Below, one piece after another: positions 12,266 to 30,324 of a stretch of 64,000 nucleotides of DNA. Within the stretch, counting starts at the first letter, position 1. Each line of letters starts with the position of its first letter. The translations under genes and the position numbers were made by a program. The notes under the pieces are model-generated. The model saw only the letters and a program-made list of their open reading frames with translations. It was not told where the DNA came from and searched no databases. The stretch is from Eledone cirrhosa (taxonomy: Eukaryota), in the NCBI GenBank assembly GCA_964016885.1, contig OZ024740.1, forward strand, positions 102,176,001-102,240,000, given 5' to 3'.

Positions 12266-14739
12266 GCAGAATGAGGAAAATAGTATGATGAGCTAGTGTA
12301 GTTAATAATAGCAATTTTTTTCTGGGTTCAGGCCTACTTTCTTTCCTTCCTTAAGCATTCAACTCTTGATAGAGTCATGGCATAGTGTGTCTTGGGTACT
12401 TTTATACTTGCTGGAGCCCATGCCTCTCAAAATCTGGTGACAACCAATTTTCTTACAAAGAGGAAAAGAGAAGAATTTTTTATAAAATCTGAAGGGAGGG
12501 TTGACTTTAGTGCAAAAAGTCAGAACAAACACTGTCAGGCTTTGTATCCTATGCTCTAAGGATTCTGCCAATTCATTGCCTTCAGTTCAGATTGAACATT
12601 TACCATTAACTGAATTGAGAAGAGATAGCTTTGTTTCTCATTCTTCTGGAAATCAAAGGAATAGATACAAGTCAAGTACTCAATCCAGTCCAGAGACTTC
12701 TCTTTCATGGTGAAAGTAGCTCTCCCTCATTGACCTCCATTGCTTTCTGTTTCATTTTGGTTGTGTCAGGAGTGCAGCTGTATTCACCACGCTTGGCCAA
12801 TTGTGGGTTGGTGAGGCTATTAAACCATAGTTGGGGTAGCTGGCCGAGTCAATTCAATCAATTCTTGATGTGTATTCATGTGCCTATTTGTTTTTAGCAG
12901 AAACAAAAGAACCACATAAAATGAACTGTCATGTTCCTTAATGTATAGACACAGACAAAGCATGTGGTTAAAATATTTACATCACAATTACATGGTTCAG
13001 TCTCATTGTACAACAGCTTGAGCAATTGTTGTCTAATATCACCATTAGAGTGACAGAAGTTTGTCAAATAGACTGTACTTGTTTTTAAGTGGTCAACTTA
13101 ATTTCTTTGCCTGATTTAACACTACCTGATACTTGGGTACTTTTAGCAGAGGAGTTCATACTGTTGTAAGTATTTGAACCTTTTCTCTAACCAAAGGATA
13201 ACTCATTAGTTGTGATTCATCCATCCATTTACACAACTAATTTCAGATATCCTACAAAATTTGTTTAAAAACTCATGGGATCTGATGTTGATCCTCCTTT
13301 CACAAAGTCAGAAAAAATATGCTGACTTTGTTATGATATTGGCTGCTATTTCTAGCAGGTCAAACAGCCATTTTTGTTGATGTTGTTGTTGATGATGCAG
13401 TAGAACAGTGAAATGGTAAAAAAAAACTTGATTCCTAACATTGTTTAGCTTTGGCCTCCAGCATGTTGATTTCAAATTCCACCAGAATTTATTTGTCAGA
13501 CAAGAAGCAAAATTTGATATATATATATATATAAGACAGTTTCAATTATCAAAGGAATAAGAATATAATAGTATTAATTGGTATGACTAATACCATTTTA
13601 CTCTTTGCCAATGCAAACCATAATTAGTTTCTTCTGATTCTCCTTTTTCACTTTCATGGAATGCACCTCTGTAGATTTCAACCATAAATGTTTCAGTTGG
13701 TTGATCAACAGAATGGCCTGCTCCTGAGTTTAACAAGCAGATGGTTAAATATTTCATAGATACTCTTAATATAATTCTCAGGGAGATTCAGCATGATGAT
13801 TTGTGGCAAGGCAGGCCCTTTGAATTACAGGCACAGTTCACCAAACGGGCTTCTAGTGTCTACTAACATGACTATGGTAAATAACACTTGCCCAAGATGT
13901 CAAATAGTAAGATTGAACCTGGGAACTAATGATTAGGAAGCAAATTCCTTAATTATTTGGTCCCACACTGTAAAGGGATCGTGTTGGAGTCACGACAAAA
14001 AACACCCAGCACAGACTGTAAATGTGGTTGGCATTAGGAAGGGCATCCAGCCATAGAAACCTAGCCAAAAACAGTTCTATATGAGCAAGACACAGTCACC
14101 TGGCCCAACTTACCTCTAATGGGACCACCTGTCTAATCTATGCTAGCATAGAAAATGGAGATTAAACAATGATGTTGATGATTGCAGGACTAATGAAAAA
14201 CAAGTACTTGTAATATTTTTGGGTAAATTCAATAGGTTGCACCCTTTCCTTAGAGTTTTGTAGATTTCTAACAAAATTAGTTATTATTATTACGGACGCC
14301 ATGCTTTGACGCATAGAGTTACGGCCCTTGCCATTCTGAGTTCAAATCCCACCGAGGTTAACTTTACCTTTCATCCTTACAGGGTCGATAAAATAAAGTA
14401 CTATTAATGCAATTGGGTAATTGCTGGCCTTGTGCCAAAAATAGAAACAATTATTACAATGGGCCCATGTAGCTAAGAAAAAGAAATAATTATTACAATG
14501 GACTTAGGATGGTGGGTTGACAGTATTGGTTGGTGGAGTGTCAGACAACATGCTTTGCAACATAGAGTTACAGCGATTTATATTCTGAGTTCAAGTCTTG
14601 ATCAAGTTAGCTTTGCCTTTCATCCTTACATAGTCAATAAAATAAAACACAAGTAATGCACTGTGGTTGATTTAATAGACTTTTCCCTTACCCCAAATTG
14701 TTGGCCTTGTGCCTAAATCAGAAACCATGATTACAATAG

Positions 14740-17700
14740 CTTTGCAAGGACTTTAAGTGCCTGGGAGCAAAGGAATTATTGGCACCCCCAACTTAATTAA
14801 CAGACGCAATATGCCAGCAGTTATTTTGCATCCCTTCAAATATGCACCAGCGGGGTGGTTGTACGAAGGAAAGGAGTTTCCCATTCCACTTCTTGCTACA
14901 CCTCTACACTATTCATCCTATTTCCTCCTGTATTCTATCTCGTATTTTCCAAAACAAATCTTGTAGTTTTGTTATCGCTTGTTAAATACGAGGATCTCAC
15001 TTAAACCTATTCTTCTCGCTAACAACTCAACACCCCTCCCTCCCGCCCCCACGCACCACCAATCATAAGCCAGAGGCCTATACTATCGCTTACCTGGTCG
15101 CCTTCGATATGTAGGATGGAAGGACTACGGAGTTCCGGAGAGTTGAAGAGAGAAAAATCTGGACGCTCAGCGACAATGCCAAAGATAAAGACAAACACAC
15201 CTCGTGGATGAGAATGCGAGCATTCCTCTTTGTTTCGGCCGCGGATGGCTAACATAACCGCATCTCCCCCAGCTCCCCACCGCTCCCACCCTCCAAACGC
15301 AATCCAAAACTTCAGAGTTGGTACCTTGAATGTAGGCACCTTAAAGGGTCGCTCTAACGAGGTTGTAGAAATGCTTGAACGTAAGGAGGTCGATGTTTGT
15401 TGTATTCAAGAGACCAGGTGGAGGGGTGGATCTGCTAGATTCATTGTGGGTAGAAAACGATGCTAAAAGCTTTTCTGGGTGGGAAATGACAATGGGCTGG
15501 GTGGAGTAGGAATCATGGTAGCAGAAAAAGTGGGCAGATAAGATAATAGACGTAAATAGAGTGAACGACAGAATAATTAAAATAAGACTTGTCCTCAATA
15601 GAACTACGGTGACAGTAATATCTGCGTACGCACCCCAATCCGGACTGCCCAGCACTATAATAGACAGATTCTATGAGACTCTGATGCTCACTACCTCCCA
15701 AATAACCGACAGTGACTATATAATTATTGCAGGCGACCTAAACGGTCACGTTGGACAACATTGTGACGGCTACGACGAAATCCATGGAGGCTATGGGTTT
15801 GGTACTAGAATTGAGGAAGGCTCCAGAATCCTGGAATTCTGTGACGCAAATAACCTAACTATCTGCAACACTAACTTCAAAAAACGAGACAATCACTTGA
15901 TCACCTACAGATCAGGGGAACATACCAGCCAGGTAGATTATATCCTTACCAGAAGACGTGACAGAGTGACTGTTGTAAACACTAAATCCCTCCCCCATGA
16001 AGAATGCACCTCCCAACATAGACTGATAATTAGCGACCTAATAGTCAGGACGAGACGTACTAGACAACAGAAGAGGACTATCCTCAGGAGAAAAATATGG
16101 AAGCTAAAGGACCCCACAGCCAAAAATAAATTTCAAAGCATATTACTTGATGCTTTCGACAGTAAGGAAGAGCAATTAGAGTCGTACAAGGTAGAGGAAC
16201 AGTGGGAATTCCTGAAAGCAAACCTGCTGACGGCGGCAGACGAAGTCTGTGGCTGGAGCAGGCCTGTAGGCAGGAGGAGAGTAACATGGTGGTGGAGGGG
16301 TCAATTAAGGCCAAAAAGCAGGCTTGGAAAGTATGGCGGGATGGGGGAAGCAGAGAAGACTATCAAGTGGCCAGGAGGGAAGCTAGGAGACAAGTGTACT
16401 TCGCAAGAAGGGAAGCAGAGGAAAGAAAGTTCAAGCATGTTCTACAACGCGAGGACCAAAAATGTGAGGTGTTCAGGATTGCTAGGCAATGTGTCAAGGA
16501 AAACAGTGATATTGTCGGGGAGAAGTGTGTACTTAATGATGACGGCGTACTTGCCATCACCGACGCTGATAAGAAGGTAGCTTGGAAGTGTCACTATGAA
16601 AGGCTACTAAATGAGGAGAATAAATGGGAGAAAGACAGTCTCCCCAACATCGACCCAATAGAGGGACCAGCAGTGTTAGTCGAGGGTAGTATCATAAGTA
16701 AGGCAATCAAAGATATGAAGACGGGTAAGGCGGCTGGGCCTTCGGAAATAGTTGCCGAGATGCTGAAGGCATCTGGTACGGTGGGACACACCATGGTCAC
16801 CCGGATAGTCAACCAAGTCATACAGAATGGGGGTTGTTTCGAAGGACTGGCGTAGCAGCATCGCAGCATCATCGTTAACTGTTATAAGGGTAAAAGAGAT
16901 GCCCTAGATAGGAGTAACTATAGAGGCATTAAATTAATCGACCAGGTCATAAAGGTCACGGAAAAAGTAATAGCGCAACTAATCAGAGAGCGAATTGATC
17001 TAGATGAAATGCAGTTCGGGTTTGTGTCGGGAAAAAGTACCACAGACGCTCTTTTCATTGTACGACAACTACAGGAGAAGTACCTAGCTAAAAGTAAACC
17101 CCTATACTTAGCTTTTGTTGACTTGGAGAAAGCCTTTGACAGAGTCCCCCGCTCCATTATCTTGTGGGCCCTTAGAAAACTAGGTGTTGATGAATGGCTT
17201 GTGAGAGCTATACAAGCCATGTATAAAGAAACAGTCAGCAAGGTTAGAATTAACAACGAATATAGTGAAGAGTTTAGTGTAAAAGTTGGTGTTCATCAGG
17301 GCTCTGTTCTTAGCCCCCTACTATTTATTATTGCCCTCCAGGCTATAACAGTGGAGTTCAAGACCGGCTGCCCATGGGAACTCCTATACGCAGATGATCT
17401 AACGCTCATAGCTGAATCAATGGCCGAGCTAGAGAAGAAATTCCAAACATGGAAGCACGGCCTAGAATCAAAAGGCCTTAAAATTAACCTGGCTAAGACT
17501 AAAGTTCTAGTTTGTAAGAAAGAAAATAAGGCGGCGGTCCCCTCCAGGAAGTGGCCATGCTCAGTGTGTAGGAAAGGCGTAGGTAGAAACTCTATTTTGT
17601 GTCCCAAATGCAAAGTATGGGTGCATAAAAGATGTAGTGGGATCACAGGTAAGCTAACTAAGAACATAGATTTTACATGTGGCCGGTGTTCTGGGGCAAT

Positions 17701-18750
17701 AAGTAGCAGCAAGTGCCCCAAAAATACTAGCTCTTTCAACTGCGCAGAGGGTTCTATAGAAATAGTGGACAGCTTCCGTTACCTGGGTGACAAAATCAGC
17801 AGTGGGGGAGGGTGCTCTGAAAGTACAGTAGCTAGAGTCAGAACTGGGTGGAAAAAGTTCAGAGAGCTTATACCTCTACTAGCCGCTAAAGGGTTCTCCC
17901 TAAAAATGAAAGGCAGGCTGTATGATGCCTGCATTCGAACAGCAATGTTGCATGGCAGTGAGACCTGGGCATTGTGTGCAGAGGATATACGCAGACTAGA
18001 GAGAAACGAAGCTTGCATGCTCCGCTGGATGTGTAATAGTAATATACGTGAACGGCAAAGCATAAACGAACTAAGGAAAAAATTAGAAATAAGAGGGATC
18101 AGATGTTGTTTACTCGAGAGAAGGCTACGTTGGTATGGTCACGTGATGCCCATGAAAGACGACAGCTGTATAACAAAGTGCAGGGCAATAAAGATAGACG
18201 GTAGCCACGGAATAGGCAGACCCAGAAAAACCTGGGACGAGCTGATAAATTCTGACCTCACACACTTACACCTCTCCAAGACAATGTCACTGGACCGAGA
18301 CCTTTGGCGGTACTCAGTAATAGAGAAGACCCGCCTTACCTAAATACAAAGTAAAAGCTACTACAGTCAGTAGGCATCTCTAACAAAATACACCCCCGTC
18401 CCACCACCCCCACCCCATCCACACCACCCTTTCAATGTAAAGTTATGTTGGTGCCACAACATCCAGGCCGAAACAAATGAGATTGTGTAGGTGTCACGTC
18501 AAAAAAACACACAGTTCACGCTGTAATGTGGCCGTGTAGGCAACACGGTAAAAACCTCCCAGCCCCACACTGTAAATGTGGTTGGTGTTAGGAAGGGCAT
18601 CCAGCTGTAGAAAACCCGCCAGATAGTCTTATGCGAGCAAGATAATCACTCTTGCCTCAAGTGGGAACCCCCCGTCCAAACCCATGCAAGCGTGGAACAC
18701 GGACGTTAAACGTTGATGATGATGATGATGATGATAATGATGATGATGAT
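14740..18750 (+). mobile_element. Near full-length RTE-clade LINE (copy 1); 5' boundary approximate
   Basis: GC-richer 5'UTR, APE endonuclease (GTLNVGTL, CIQETRW, SAYAP, AGDLNGHVG, VDYIL, SQHRLI), RT ([39 protein letters not shown]), ~370-bp 3'UTR, (GAT)n tail. Confidence 0.92.
15245..18343 (+). pseudogene. Disrupted APE-RT(PHD) ORF of RTE copy 1
   Basis: Split over ORFs 15230-15466, 15561-16580, 16202-16855, 17009-18343 by a stop (15464), frameshifts (~15530, ~16295, ~16830) and an 8-bp duplication GCAGCATC. Confidence 0.9.
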
Positions 18751-18773
18751 AATTATTATTATTGTTGTTATTA

Positions 18774-19069
18774 CTCTTTGAGTCTCAGTCATTGATGTTA
18801 GTTAACTGGAAAGTTTGTTGAAATGAATATCAAGCCACTACCTGCAGCCTCAGATATTCAGGACGTATCGGAGGGTTTTGCTGTTCCCAGCAAGCATGCC
18901 TTTTGAAGCATTCCAAAAAGCGTGAAGGGGCCAATTTTCTTTAACCATCCCTGGAAACTTTTTGAGATAGTCCCTAGTGCGCCTATGACAATCGGGATCA
19001 CTTTGACTTCATAGCAGTTCCAAATCCTTTTTACGGATCAATTTGACTTCATGGCAGTTCCAAATCCTT
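18774..19069 (-). mobile_element. 3' fragment of R4/Dong-like restriction-endonuclease non-LTR retrotransposon
   Basis: Minus strand encodes IWNCYEVKVIPIVIGALGTISKSFQGWLKKIG...LQKACLLGTAKPLRYVLNI*; flanked on both sides by (TTA)n. Confidence 0.75.
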
Positions 19070-20787
19070 ATTATTATTATAATTATTATTATTATTATTA
19101 TTATTATTATAAATCAGGGTTTGAGAAATATATGAAGATTGTTGCATTGCATGTCTGTCTACTGCTAATGATTAAACTAATCTAAAGAGATATGTTCCAT
19201 ATGCAATAATGAATATATATTGTCTCTGAGTGTCTGTAAATGTGAGAGAGAGTATATGTATGTTTGTATATGTAGATAGAAAATACAAATATGTGTTTTT
19301 ATTTCAATATGAAGGTACAACCCACGCAACTGCTTTTTCTATTCAGATTAATCTATATTTGCATGTATGTGTGCATGTGTGCTTGCATATGTGTATATAT
19401 ATATCATCATCATCATCGTTTAACGTCCATTTTCCGCGCTAGCATCGGTTAGACGGGTTGTCCCATTTGAAGCAATTTGGGTTAGGTGACCATGTCTTTG
19501 TTCTCGGTATGGTGAACTAACTGTTGCACTACTACTTATATATATACACACACACACAGGGTGCTTCAACAAATCAGATATCATTTGAAATATCCCCAAA
19601 ACTACAAAATCTAGTACAATGGGACTGAACTGGTTTAATGTTGACCAACATAAGATTTATTCTTCAACATTTTGACACAATATATATACTTATTAGTATT
19701 GTTATTAATATTACTATTATTATCCCTAGGTTAATTCTGATCAAGTAGATATATACCCAATAGGCATTCCAGCCACGATCATATCTATTTTATTTTTCTT
19801 CAAATACAGTACAGTAACCTATTTGATAACAAACTGCCTGAAACTACTCTTGATTTTACAATGTATAACTGTTTGTTTTAAAATATTTACTTTCATGTAA
19901 AACCCTTTCATCATGATTTTGTATAAGAACCTTTGTTCTAAACACCATATAAATATTGGTTTCTGATTTAGGCACAAGGCCAACAATTTTCGGGAAAGGG
20001 AAAGTCAATTAAATCTACCTCACTGCATTACTGATACTTTATTTTATCAACCCCCATAAATATGAAAGGCAAATTTGAACTCAGAACATAAAGGCACATA
20101 ACTATATGCTGCAAATAAATAATGGGAAAATTAATTATATTACTAAATCCCTTCAAATTCTTGATTATTTAAAAATTATATGCAGTATTTTTCATTATAA
20201 ATATGGTAACAAAAGGATTAAAGATTACATTATTCAATGACTTTTTGTAAGACTATAAAGTTGTGATTTCATTGCTGCTGTTGAACCCAAGGTCAGCCCC
20301 GATCAAACAAACCTATCACCAAAACATTCCAGCCATGACTGTCTCATCATTTTGAATACCATTGTCGAATGTTTTTCCATTTTCAAGAAAGTACAGTGTA
20401 TGATGTAAGGGGGGTTTGGCTGTTATTTCTAGGAGGATTAGCAAACACATACAGGTTCCCTTATTGGCTTGCAATTGAATTCATCTCATAGTAGAAGATA
20501 TTGTTGTTGAGCCCTAGATCTTCATTGACCAAACAAACCTATAATCCGGGGGGGGGGGCAAGCATGACCATCTCAACATTTTTTTATATATGAGAGTACA
20601 TTGTTCCAATGTGTTCTTTATTTTAGATATTGGTAGAATGACATTTCTATTTTTAGCAGGTTATGTGAGCACAGACAGGCTTTCTTAGCTCAAGGAATAG
20701 TATTAGTAGTAGCAGCAGCAGTAGTTGTAGTAACAGCAGCAAAAATAGTATATTAAGAATGCACCACGTGAAACCTTAAATCGATCT

Positions 20788-21008
<221 letters not shown>

Positions 21009-21009
<1 letters not shown>

Positions 21010-21329
21010 GGAGGCACATGGCTTAGTGGTTAGAGCATTGGCCTTGCAGTCAAAAGGTTGTGAGTTCGATTCTCAGACCGGGTGGTGTGTTGTTTCTTGA
21101 GCAAGACACTTTATTTCACATTGCTCCAGTTTACTCAGCTGTAGAAATGAGATGCATTCCACTGCAAAGCGGTCGTGTAGGTGCCACGGCAAAAAAGCAC
21201 ACAGCACTCTCTGTAAATGAGGTTGGTGTTAGGAAGTGCATCCAGCTGTAGAAATCAAGCCAGAATCAATTCCCGTCCCACCCTTGCAAGCAGGGAAAAG
21301 CGGACGTAAAATGAAATGATGATGATGAT
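21009..21329 (+). mobile_element. tRNA/CORE SINE type A (internal deletion)
   Basis: Matches 10563-10915; flanked by (TA)n. Confidence 0.88.
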
Positions 21330-21343
21330 ATATACATATATAC

Positions 21344-21374
<31 letters not shown>

Positions 21375-21393
21375 CATATATATATATATATGC

Positions 21394-21448
<55 letters not shown>

Positions 21449-21476
21449 TATGTATATATATATATATATGCATATG

Positions 21477-21512
<36 letters not shown>

Positions 21513-21533
21513 ATATATATATAATATAGATGA

Positions 21534-21582
21534 GATTCTACAGGACTAGAACTGTTTCATTCTTTAGAAATCACCAGGAATC
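21534..21582 (-). ncRNA. Hammerhead ribozyme motif with mutated core (CUGGUGA) inside a 48-bp-arm hairpin
   Basis: Minus: GATTC CTGGTGA TTTCTAAAGAAT GAAA CAG TTCTAGTC CTG TA GAATC. Hairpin spans 21524-21630. Confidence 0.65.
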
Positions 21583-21695
21583 ATTTCTAAAGAATGAAAC
21601 TGTTCTAGTCCTGTAGAATCTCATCTATATCAAAACTTTTAGACTCTGTTTACGGTGGTTACCTCCGATTCAACCCGGAATAACGTATATATATA

Positions 21696-22031
21696 TCATC
21701 ATCATTTCATTTTACGTCTGCTTTTTCCCTGCTTGCAAGGGTGGGACGGGAACTGATTCTGGCTTGATTTCTACAGCTGGATGCCCTTCCTAACACCAAC
21801 CTCATTTACAGTGACTGCTGGGTGCTTTTTTGCTGTGGCACCTCCACGACCACTTTGCAGTGGAATGATAGGGACCCTAGTCCCTATCATCTCATTTCTA
21901 CAGCTGAGTAAACTGGAGCAATGGGAAATAAAGTGTCTTGCTCAAGGAAACAACACATCACCCGGTCTGAGAATTGAACTCACAACCTTTAGATTGCAAG
22001 GCCAATGCTCTAACCACTAAGCCATGTGCCT

Positions 22032-22034
<3 letters not shown>
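21696..22034 (-). mobile_element. tRNA/CORE SINE type A
   Basis: Tail-to-tail with 21009-21329. Confidence 0.88.
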
Positions 22035-22104
<70 letters not shown>

Positions 22105-22134
22105 TATGTATATATATATGTATATATATATATG

Positions 22135-22185
<51 letters not shown>

Positions 22186-22250
22186 GTATATATATATATG
22201 TATATATATATATATGTATATATATATGTGTATAAATATATGTGTATATA

Positions 22251-22291
<41 letters not shown>

Positions 22292-22296
22292 ATAAT

Positions 22297-26474
<4,178 letters not shown>

Positions 26475-26486
26475 ACATATATATAC

Positions 26487-26523
<37 letters not shown>

Positions 26524-26722
26524 CATATATAGATAAATCTACCAAAATGTACGGTAGTGTCCAATCCGTATGAAGAACTCAATGTAATCCGAATATCATG
26601 AAAAGAGAAGATGTATTCAACAAATTTTTTAGATGAAAAATACAGGAAAACAGAGGCAAGATAAATTAATAAAAATAATGAATAAAAACAAAGAAACAGT
26701 TCCTTATATTAAAAAAATCATC

Positions 26723-26850
26723 ATTTTACGATCGTTTCTAGGATATATATGTTAGTGTTGGTATGTATATCATATAGATCTTTGTAAAATTTTTACAAAG
26801 TATCAGAGGGAATATACATACCTACACATATGTATGCTCTCTTCAGAAAT
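26723..26850 (-). ncRNA. Hammerhead ribozyme (type I, long stem II, palindromic stem III)
   Basis: Minus: ATTT CTGAAGA [~100-nt fold-back] GAAA CGATCG TA AAAT; GUA triplet. Confidence 0.7.
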
Positions 26851-26853
26851 AAT

Positions 26854-27049
26854 TGTTTCTATTTTAGGCACAAGGCCAGCAATTATCCAGTACATTACTG
26901 GTACTTTATTTTATCGACCTCGTAAGGATGAAAGGCAAAGTTAACCTCGGCAGGATTTGAACTCAGATCGTAAAGGGACGTAACTATTCTGGAAAGCATG
27001 GCGTCCGACCCTCTACCGATACTGCCAATTCACCGCCCTTTCACCGCTG
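26854..27049 (-). mobile_element. Nin/Deu-domain-like SINE with 14-bp target-site duplication
   Basis: TSD TCTTCAGAAATAAT at 26840-26853 and 27050-27063; near-identical copy at 27397-27582. Confidence 0.8.
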
Positions 27050-27336
27050 TCTTCAGAAATAATGATATTTGTTTATTGAAAAAAATCAACAAAGATTTAA
27101 TATAATAGGTCTGCTTGGGAACAGGTTTTGAATTGACCAATAGAAAGGTAGTGAAAGGTCAAGATGGTAAAATAGTAGTAATAGAGCTTTAATTTAGGAG
27201 TAGAGGAAGGTAGATTTCAGTTTTGGATGGAAAGATTATGATGAATGAAAGATTATTTTAGGGATGAAAATAGGTCATATGGGGTCTTCAGAAATAATTA
27301 TATTTGTTTATTGAAAAAAACCAACAATATATATAT

Positions 27337-27397
<61 letters not shown>

Positions 27398-27636
27398 ATT
27401 GTTTCTACTTTAGGCACAAGGCCAGCAATTACCCAGTGCATTACTAGTACTTTATTTTATCGACCCCGTAAGGATGAAAGGCAAAGTCAACCTCGGCGGG
27501 ATTTGAACTCAGATCGTAAAGGGACGTAACTATGCTGGAAAGCATGGCGTCCGACCCTCTACCGATACTGCCAATCCACCGTTTATACACCGTATATACA
27601 TATATATATATATAATAAATATACATATATATAATA

Positions 27637-29252
27637 ACAGTAGAAGTACCTAGCTAAAAGTAAACCCCTATACTTAGCTTTTGTTGACTTGGAGAGAGCC
27701 TTTGACAGAGTACCCCGCTCGATTATCTGGTGGGCCCTTAGAAAACTAGGTGTTGATGAATGGCTTGTGAGAGCTATACAAGCCATGTATAAAGAAACAG
27801 ACAGCAAGGTTAGAATTAACAACGAATATAGTGAAGAGTTTAGCGTAAAAGTTGGTGTTCATCAGGGCTCCGTCCTTAGCCCCCTACTATTTATTATTGC
27901 CCTTCAGGCTATAACAGAGGAGTTCAAGACCGGCTGCCCATGGGAACTCCTATATGCAGATGATCTAACGCTCATAGCTGAATCAATGGCTGAACTAGAG
28001 AAGAAATTCCAAACATGGAAGCATGGCCTAGAATCAAAAGGCCTTAAAGTTAACTTGTCTAAGATTAAAGTTCTAGTTTGTAGGAAGGAAAATAGGGCAC
28101 CAGTCCCATCTGGGAAATGGCCATGCTCAGTGTGTAGGAAAGGAGTAGGTAGAAACTCCATTTTATGTCCCAAATGCAAAGTATGGGTACATAAAAGATG
28201 TAGTGGGATCACAGGTAAACTATCTAAGAATATAGATTTAATATGTGGCCAGTGCTCTGGTGCAATAAGTAGCAGCAAGTGCCCACACAATACTAACTCA
28301 GCTTCCGTTACCTGGGTGATAAAATCAGCAGTGGGGGAGGGTGCTCTGAAAGTACAGTAGCTAGGGTCAGAACGGGATGGAAAAAGTTCAGAGAGCTTAT
28401 ACCACTATTGGCCGCTAAAGGGTTCTCTCTAAAAATGAAGGGCAGGCTGTATGATGCCTGCATAAGAACAGCAATGTTACATGGCAGTGAGACCTGGGCA
28501 TTGTGTGCAGAGGATATACGCAGACTGGAGAGAAACAAAGCTTGCATACTCCGCTGGATGTGTAATAGTAACATACGTGAACGGCAAAGCATAAACGTAC
28601 TAAGGGAGAAATTAGAAATAAGAGGGATCAGATGTTGTTTACTCGAGAGAAGACTACGTGGGTATGGTGACGTGATGCGCATAAAAGACGACAGCTGTAT
28701 AAAAAAGTGCAGGGCAATAAAAATAGACGGTAGCCACGGAGTAGGCAGACCCAGAAAAACCTGGGACGACTTGATAAATTCCGACCTCACACACTTACAC
28801 CTCTCCAAGGCAATGTCACTGGACCAAGAGCTTTGGCGCTACACAGTAATAGAGAAGACCCGCCTTACCTAAGTACAAAGTGAAACCTACTACAGTCAGT
28901 AGGCACCTCTAACAAAATACACCCTGTCCCACTGCCCCCACTCCATCCACACCACCCCTTCAATGTAAAGTTATGTTGGTGTCACAACATCCAGCCCGAA
29001 ACAAATGAGGTCGTGTAGGTGTCATGACAAAAAAACACACAGTCCACGCTGTAATGTGGCCGTGTAGGCAACACGGTAAAAACCTCCCAGTTCCACACTG
29101 TAAATGTGGTTGGTGTTAGGAAGGGCATCCAGCCGTAGAAAACCCGCCAGACAGTCCTATGCGAGCAAGACAACCACTCTTGTCTCAAGTGGGAAAACCC
29201 CCGTCCAAACCCATGCAAGCGTGGAATATGGAAGTTAAACGATGATGATGAT
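27637..29252 (+). mobile_element. 5'-truncated RTE LINE (copy 4), frameshifted
   Basis: 37-bp deletion at ~28299 relative to copy 2 splits ORFs 27689-28360 and 28408-28872; TA-rich flanks. Confidence 0.93.
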
Positions 29253-29294
29253 AATAAATATAAATATAAATATAAATATAAATATATATAATAA

Positions 29295-29341
<47 letters not shown>

Positions 29342-29422
29342 TATATATATATATACATATATAAATATACATATATATACATATATATACATATATATAC
29401 ATATATATATACATATATATAT

Positions 29423-29456
<34 letters not shown>

Positions 29457-29516
29457 ATAAATATACATATATATAATAAATATAAATATAAATATAAATA
29501 TAAATATATATAATAA

Positions 29517-29553
<37 letters not shown>

Positions 29554-29702
29554 TATATACATATATATACATATATCAAATCCCGATAATCAAAGATGTG
29601 GGTTTGACTCCCATGTACGTCAATACTCAACTTTTTTCATTTAACTGAGGGTTCTAAACCCCATTATCAGGCTAAAATTCCTTTAGTCAAAAATACGGTG
29701 AA

Positions 29703-29826
<124 letters not shown>

Positions 29827-29865
29827 TATATATATATAGATATATATATATAGATATATATATAT

Positions 29866-29906
<41 letters not shown>

Positions 29907-29985
29907 TATATATATATAGATATATATATATAGATATATATATATAGATATATATATATATATATATATATATCATTTTATATAA

Positions 29986-30324
29986 TGGAGGGACATGGCT
30001 TAGTGGCTAGAGCATTGGCCTTGCAATCGAAAGGTTGTGAGTTCAATTCTCAGACCGGTTGATGTGTTGTTTCCTTGAGCAAGACACTTTATTTCACATT
30101 GCTCCAGTTTACTCAGCTGTAGAAATGAGATGATAGAGACTGGGGTCCATATCATTCCACTGCAAAGTGGTCGTGGAGGGGCCATGGCAAAAAAGCACCC
30201 AGCACTCACTGTAAATGAGGTTGGTGTTAGGAAGGGCATCCAGCTGTAGAAATCAAGCCAGAATCAGTTCCCGTCCCACCCTTGCAAGCAGGGAAAAATC
30301 GGACGTAAAATGAAATGATGATGA
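29986..30324 (+). mobile_element. tRNA/CORE SINE type A
   Basis: Family match; follows a long (TA)n tract. Confidence 0.88.

Noticed and set aside
14740-15260. HDV-like ribozyme in the RTE 5'UTR (CCTCGTGG...GGCTAA)
   Set aside because: Could not assign P1/P2 pairings by eye; needs a descriptor search.
17296-18063. Conserved antisense ORFs in each LINE copy
   Set aside because: Shadow frames conserved only because the copies are near-identical.
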